DNA of 64,000 nt from Macrostomum hystrix. Taxonomy: Eukaryota; Animalia; Platyhelminthes. The stretch lies in the NCBI GenBank assembly GCA_950097015.1, contig CATNEN010000026.1, positions 992,001-1,056,000 on the forward strand, in the 5' to 3' direction. The notes under the pieces were generated by a model that made no database searches, was not told the origin of the DNA, and saw nothing but the letters and a program-made list of their open reading frames with translations. Below, piece after piece: positions 58,801 through 64,000 of the stretch (positions are counted from its first letter, which is position 1; each line of letters opens with the position of its first letter). Both the position numbers and the translations under genes were made by a program.

Positions 58801-60842
58801 GTTTGAGGTTGAGAGCGGCATTGGGAAGGGGTTGGTTTGAGGTTGAGTGCGACATTGGGAAGGGGTTGGTTTGAGGATAAGAGCGGCATTGGGAAGGGGT
58901 TGGTTTGAGGATAAGTGCGGCATTGGGAAGGGGTTGGTTTGAGGTTGAAAGCGGCATTGGGAAGGGGTTGGTTTGAGGTTGAGTGTGGCATTGGGAAGGG
59001 GTTGGTTTGAGGATAAGAGCGGCATTGGGAAGGGGTTGGTTTGAGGTTGAGTGTGGCATTGGAAAGGGGTTGGTTTGAGGATAAGAGCGGCATTGGGAAG
59101 GGGTTGGTTTGAGGTTGAGTGCGGCATTGGGAAGGGGTTGGTTTGAGGTTGAGTGCGGCATTGGGAAGGGGTTGGTTTGAGGTTGAGAGCGGCATTGGGA
59201 AGGGGTTGGTTTGAGGTTGAGTGCGACATTGGGAAGGGGTTGGTTTGAGGATAAGAGTGGCATTGGGAAGGGGTTGGTTTGAGGTTGAGAGCGGCATTGG
59301 GAAGGGGTTGGTTTGAGGTTGAGTGCGACATTGGGAAGGGGTTGGTTTGAGGATAAGAGCGGCATTGGGAAGGGGTTGGTTTGAGGTTGAGTGCGGCATT
59401 GGGAAGGGGTTGGTTTGAGGTTGAGTGCGGCATTGGGAAGGGTTGGTTTGAGGATAAGAGCGGCATTGGGAAGGGGTTGGTTTGAGGATAAGAGCGGCAT
59501 TGGGAAGGGGTTGGTTTGAGGTTGAGTGCGGCATTGGGAAGGGGTTGGTTTGAGGTTGAGTGCGGCATTGGGAAGGGGTTGGTTTGAGGTTGAGTGCGGC
59601 ATTGGGAAGGGGTTGGTTTGAGGTTGAGAGCGGCATTGGGAAGGGGTTGGTTTGAGGTTGAGTGTGGCATTGGGAAGGGGTTGGTTTGAGGATAAGAGCG
59701 GCATTGGGAAGGGGTTGGTTTGAGGATAAGAGCGGCATTGGGAAGGGGTTGGTTTGAGGTTGAGTGCGGCATTGGGAAGGGGTTGGTTTGAGGTTGAGTG
59801 CGGCATTGGGAAGGGTTGGTTTGAGGATAAGAGCGGCATTGGGAAGGGGTTGGTTTGAGGTTGAGTGCGGCATTGGGAAGGGGTTGGTTTGAGGTTGAGT
59901 GCGGCATTGGGAAGGGTTGGTTTGAGGATAAGAGCGGCATTGGGAAGGGGTTGGTTTGAGGTTGAGTGCGGCATTGGGAAGGGGTTGGTTTGAGGATAAG
60001 AGCGGCATTGGGAAGGGGTTGGTTTGAGGTTGAGTGCGGCATTGGGAAGGGGTTGGTTTGAGGTTGAGTGCGGCATTGGGAAGGGGTTGGTTTGAGGTTG
60101 AGAGCGGCATTGGGAAGGGGTTGGTTTGAGGTTGAGTGCGACATTGGGAAGGGGTTGGTTTGAGGATAAGAGCGGCATTGGGAAGGGGTTGGTTTGAGGT
60201 TGAGAGCGGCATTGGGAAGGGGTTGGTTTGAGGTTGAGTGCGACATTGGGAAGGGGTTGGTTTGAGGATAAGAGCGGCATTGGGAAGGGGTTGGTTTGAG
60301 GTTGAGTGCGGCATTGGGAAGGGGTTGGTTTGAGGTTGAGTGCGGCATTGGGAAGGGTTGGTTTGAGGATAAGAGCGGCATTGGGAAGGGGTTGGTTTGA
60401 GGTTGAGTGCGGCATTGGGAAGGGGTTGGTTTGAGGATAAGAGCGGCATTGGGAAGGGGTTGGTTTGAGGTTGAGTGCGGCATTGGGAAGGGGTTGGTTT
60501 GAGGTTGAGTGCGGCATTGGGAAGGGGTTGGTTTGAGGTTGAGTGCGGCATTGGGAAGGGGTTGGTTTGAGGTTGAGTGCGGCATTGGGAAGGGGTTGGT
60601 TTGAGGTTGAGTGCGGCATTGGGAAGGGTTGGTTTGAGGATAAGAGCGGCATTGGGAAGGGGTTGGTTTGAGGTTGAGTGCGGCATTGGGAAGGGGTTGG
60701 TTTGAGGATAAGAGCGGCATTGGGAAGGGGTTGGTTTGAGGTTGAGTGCGGCATTGGGAAGGGGTTGGTTTGAGGTTGAGTGCGGCATTGGGAAGGGGTT
60801 GGTTTGAGGTTGAGTGCGGCATTGGGAAGGGGTTGGTTTGGG
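55890..60842 (+). repeat. 34-bp G-rich minisatellite, about 145 copies
   Basis: Unit GGCATTGGGAAGGGGTTGGTTTGAGGTTGAGTGC with recurrent variants (GATAAG, AGAGC, TGTGG, GCGAC, 33-bp G3 form). Confidence 0.98.
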
Positions 60843-61239
60843 ATGGGGTGGATGTGGGGTTGGGGAGGGATGGAGCAGGCACTGATGCCCCAACAAATCG
60901 ATTGCAAACAGTTGTATGGGGTCCCATTGTAACTCTGATAAAAAGAAGGCGATAGAACAAGGAATAAAGACAGGAGGCGGTGCAGGATAAAATTCAGAGC
61001 AAGAAATGAAGACAAAGGAAGCGTCGTATCCGTTTGGGCTGGCGACTCGCTTTAGCATCCTGGAGGAGCCGGCCATTTTGAGTAGATAATGATGTCCCCA
61101 GGGTGGTTAGGGAGAGCTTGGCCAAAGCCGTGACAACCGAGGTCCCTCCTAACTTGATTTGCTATAGTGCGGCCCGGCCATGAGAGGACGGGGACTATCT
61201 GTAGATGAGATCCCAGGGATCTGGGAGCTGAGGTGCAGC

Positions 61240-62010
61240 GGTGGTATCATCTGCAGCGTCCCGCCGGCCACGCCTGGCCAAAAGCAGTTTTGACCAACTC
61301 ACGAACTAATTCGACTTATCTTTCCCCAATTTTCCTATTCAGTTCTGCCCACAAGATCCCGCTGGGCTGGTCTCGATTGAAAATTAGCCTCAGAAATGCC
61401 GGGAAAGTGAATCTTCCTATATTGGATTACACGGCCAGAAATTGGAGCGGTGCAATTGGGATTTGGAAGATTGAGAGAGACCTGCGTAGCTGCTCAGATC
61501 CGCCTGTAGATTAAGCAGGGATGTGAATTTGATCAGGCCCGCGAGATACCCCTATTGCCCCAGTTTCATTGCCACCTGTTTCTATAATTTAGAAATAATA
61601 AGTAGAACTGGTAGTGGAACTACCAGAGACTCAAGAACTCGGGCCAATTTTTTGTTGCGCATCTTCTGAAACAAGAATCAAGTTGCCAGCCTTTCAGACC
61701 GTCGAGATATTCAATGGTTCTGGCCGAAAGTCAGATTTTTACCATAAGCGCTAGTGTATTTCATACACCTCTATACACGAATTAGCACTGCGCCTCAGTG
61801 CGGCCTTGCCAGGCCTTCGATATTTATCAGCATGTCACCCGAATGTGCTTGCATCATCTCCGTCTTCGGTGGTCACCTACCTTTATCTAGACGGACTGCT
61901 GGACCTTCAAGGGCGAAACTATAGACACCCTGACGCGAATTTCTCCAATTTCACTGATCAAGCCAAAATATTAGGGGCAGTTCAAGCGCAGGACACCACC
62001 GCCTAGTCTG
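61240..62010 (+). mobile_element. Possible highly decayed DIRS-like reverse transcriptase
   Basis: LASSP, YLYLDGLL (YLDD-like) and KILG in ORF 61806-62006; weak similarity only. Confidence 0.35.
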
Positions 62011-62918
62011 TCAACCAATCAGTCACCACCCAACGCTGTTAGCATTCAGGCGCTGCTTCAATCGAGCTTCGTAGTCCTACAGTTAACAAACACCCAACAT
62101 TCTTAGAATTCAATAGCATTTAAATCATCGCCTTTATCCTCAAGCCTCTAATGAGCCAGTCGATCTTTTCTAGCTCCTACGCTCGTAGTTGAGTTTTATC
62201 AATGTGTCTCTTCTAGGAGAGAAGCAAATTAAATTACAGCCTGCATCTGCAGCCACTGTTTCTGAGGAGAAATTTAGACAGCCGAGCAGTTCTGCTCCGC
62301 CACACGCATTTCCTCACCCTTCTTCTCTCCTTTTACTGACTTCCAGGGCGTCACAGCCACATCATGGAGCGGTCCTTTCAGCAGCGGAATTTCTGCAGAA
62401 GTATAACCACAAAGGAGGATGAAAAAACAAGGCCACGTTATAGGCAAGGTACAGTTTAGGCGAATAGACAGCCAAAGAAACGAATGGTTTAGCAATCCAA
62501 TGCAGCTACAAAGCAGGCTTATAATCAACTTATTTACAGGCAAATAGCGACTCTCGTGCTGCAATTATGCGTAAAAAAACTCGTATCGAGGCGCAATCTA
62601 TAGCTCTTCGCATTCAGCTCCCCAACTTTTCATCCTAAAGCGAACTTTAACCGAACAGGTAAAGCAACGAAACGCAGACACCGCGGCAGTTTTAAAAAAA
62701 TTAGGCACGTGCAGAAACAGTCTTAAGTCCAACTCAACCCCCCGCCGACTGTATCGTCAAATCCGATTTTTTTGCACGTCTCGAATTTTATCTACAAATT
62801 TTTTAGATCTCGACAAGTAGGTCCATCCCAGGAACCTACATCGAGTGTATCCGGGATAATTATCTGCAGGCGTATCCTGCTGGGGAGGGTACGCCTCATA
62901 ACTAGAGGTGACAACTTG

Positions 62919-64000
62919 CCTGTGTGTGTCTGTGTGTGCCTGTGTGTGCCTGTGTGTGTTTGTGTGTGCCTGTGTGTGTCTGTGTGTGTTTGTGTGTGTG
63001 TGCCTGTGTGTGCCTGTGTGTGTCTGTGTGTGTCTGTGTGTGTCTGTGTGTGTGTGTCTGTGTGTGCCTGTGTGTGTCTGTGTGTGACTGTGTGTGTCTG
63101 TGTGTGCCTGTGTGTGCCTGTGTGTGTCTGTGTGTGTCTGTGTGTGTCTGTGTGTGTGTGTCTGTGTGTGCCTGTGTGTGTCTGTGTGTGACTGTGTGTG
63201 TCTGTGTGTGTCTGTGTGTGACTGTGTGTGACTGTGTGTGATTGTGTGTGACTGTGGTGACTGTGTGTGACTGTGTGTGTCTGTGTGTGCCTGTGTGTGT
63301 CTGTGTGTGCCTGTGTGTGCCTGTGTGTGTCTGTGTGTGCCTGTGTGTGACTGTGTGTGTCTGTGTGTGTCTGTGTGTGACTGTGTGTGTCTGTGTGTGT
63401 CTGTGTGTGACTGTGTGTGTCTGTGTGTGTCTGTGTGTGTCTGTGTGTGACTGTGGTGACTGTGTGTGTCTGTGTGTGTGTGTCTGTGTGTGCCTGTGTG
63501 TGTCTGTGTGTGACTGTGTGTGTCTGTGTGTGTCTGTGTGTGTCTGTGTGTGACTTTGGTGACTGTGTGTGACTGTGTGTGACTGTGTGTGACTGTGTGT
63601 GATTGTGTGTGACTGTGGTGACTGTGTGTGACTGTGTATGTCTGTGTGTGCCTGTGTGTGCCTGTGTGTGTCTGTGTGTGCCTGTGTGTGACTGTGTGTG
63701 TCTGTGTGTGTCTGTGTGTGACTGTGTGTGTCTGTGTGTGTCTGTGTGTGACTGTGTGTGACTGTGTGTGATTGTGTGTGACTGTGTGTGCCTATGTGTG
63801 ACTGTGTGTGACTGTGTGTGACTGTGTGTGACTGTGTGTGTCTGTGTGTGCCTGTGTGTGACTGTGTGTGACTGTGTGTGTCTGTGTGTGCCTGTGTGTG
63901 ACTGTGTGACTGTGTGTGTCAGTGTGTGCCTGTGTGTGACTGTGTGTGACTGTGTGTGTCTGTGTGTGCCTGTGTGTGACTGTGTGTGACTGTGTGTGAC
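62919..64000 (+). repeat. Compound TG microsatellite ((C/A)TGTGTGTG(T/A/C)-like units) running off the window end
   Basis: Nearly pure TG with periodic CT, CC and AC interruptions. Confidence 0.98.

Noticed and set aside
55851-61076. Giant ORFs of 548-1697 aa on the minus strand
   Set aside because: Artefacts of the 34-bp minisatellite, whose C-rich strand lacks stop codons; all three frames give the same cyclic peptide.
62772-63553. Cys/Val-rich ORFs
   Set aside because: Translations of the TG microsatellite.

Overview
Eukaryotic (animal, invertebrate-like; spliceosomal introns, polyQ genes) genomic window dominated by nested mobile DNA. The centrepiece is a complete 16.9 kb Polinton/Maverick (adintovirus-like endogenous virus) at 25017-41929. 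It has AGTAGT termini, long TIRs and a 6-bp TSD (CAGAAA). It encodes integrase+chromodomain, minor and major capsid proteins, adenain-like protease, packaging ATPase, PW/PZ-like proteins and a spliced protein-primed PolB. Unusually, it also encodes a full two-repeat TATA-binding protein (TBP) homolog and a PC4/Sub1-like ssDNA-binding/coactivator protein. Several core genes carry inactivating lesions although the TIRs are almost identical. A second, divergent, internally deleted Polinton (6438-11107, TSD CCAACA) is inserted into the ORF of a decayed Crypton-type (DUF3504) tyrosine recombinase. A 12 kb block of head-to-tail non-autonomous Helitrons carrying 23-bp and 18-bp satellites is bracketed by an exact 69-bp direct duplication. 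Host genes: a short fibrinogen-domain ORF, the last exon of an ionotropic glutamate receptor, two polyQ ORFs, and a multi-exon CUB/lectin-like/mucin-stalk surface protein with an inverted partial paralog. Also present: LINE, SINE, Tc1/IS630, BEL/Pao and possible DIRS remnants, a 5 kb G-rich 34-bp minisatellite and a TG-rich microsatellite. All calls come from manual motif reading; no database searches were run.
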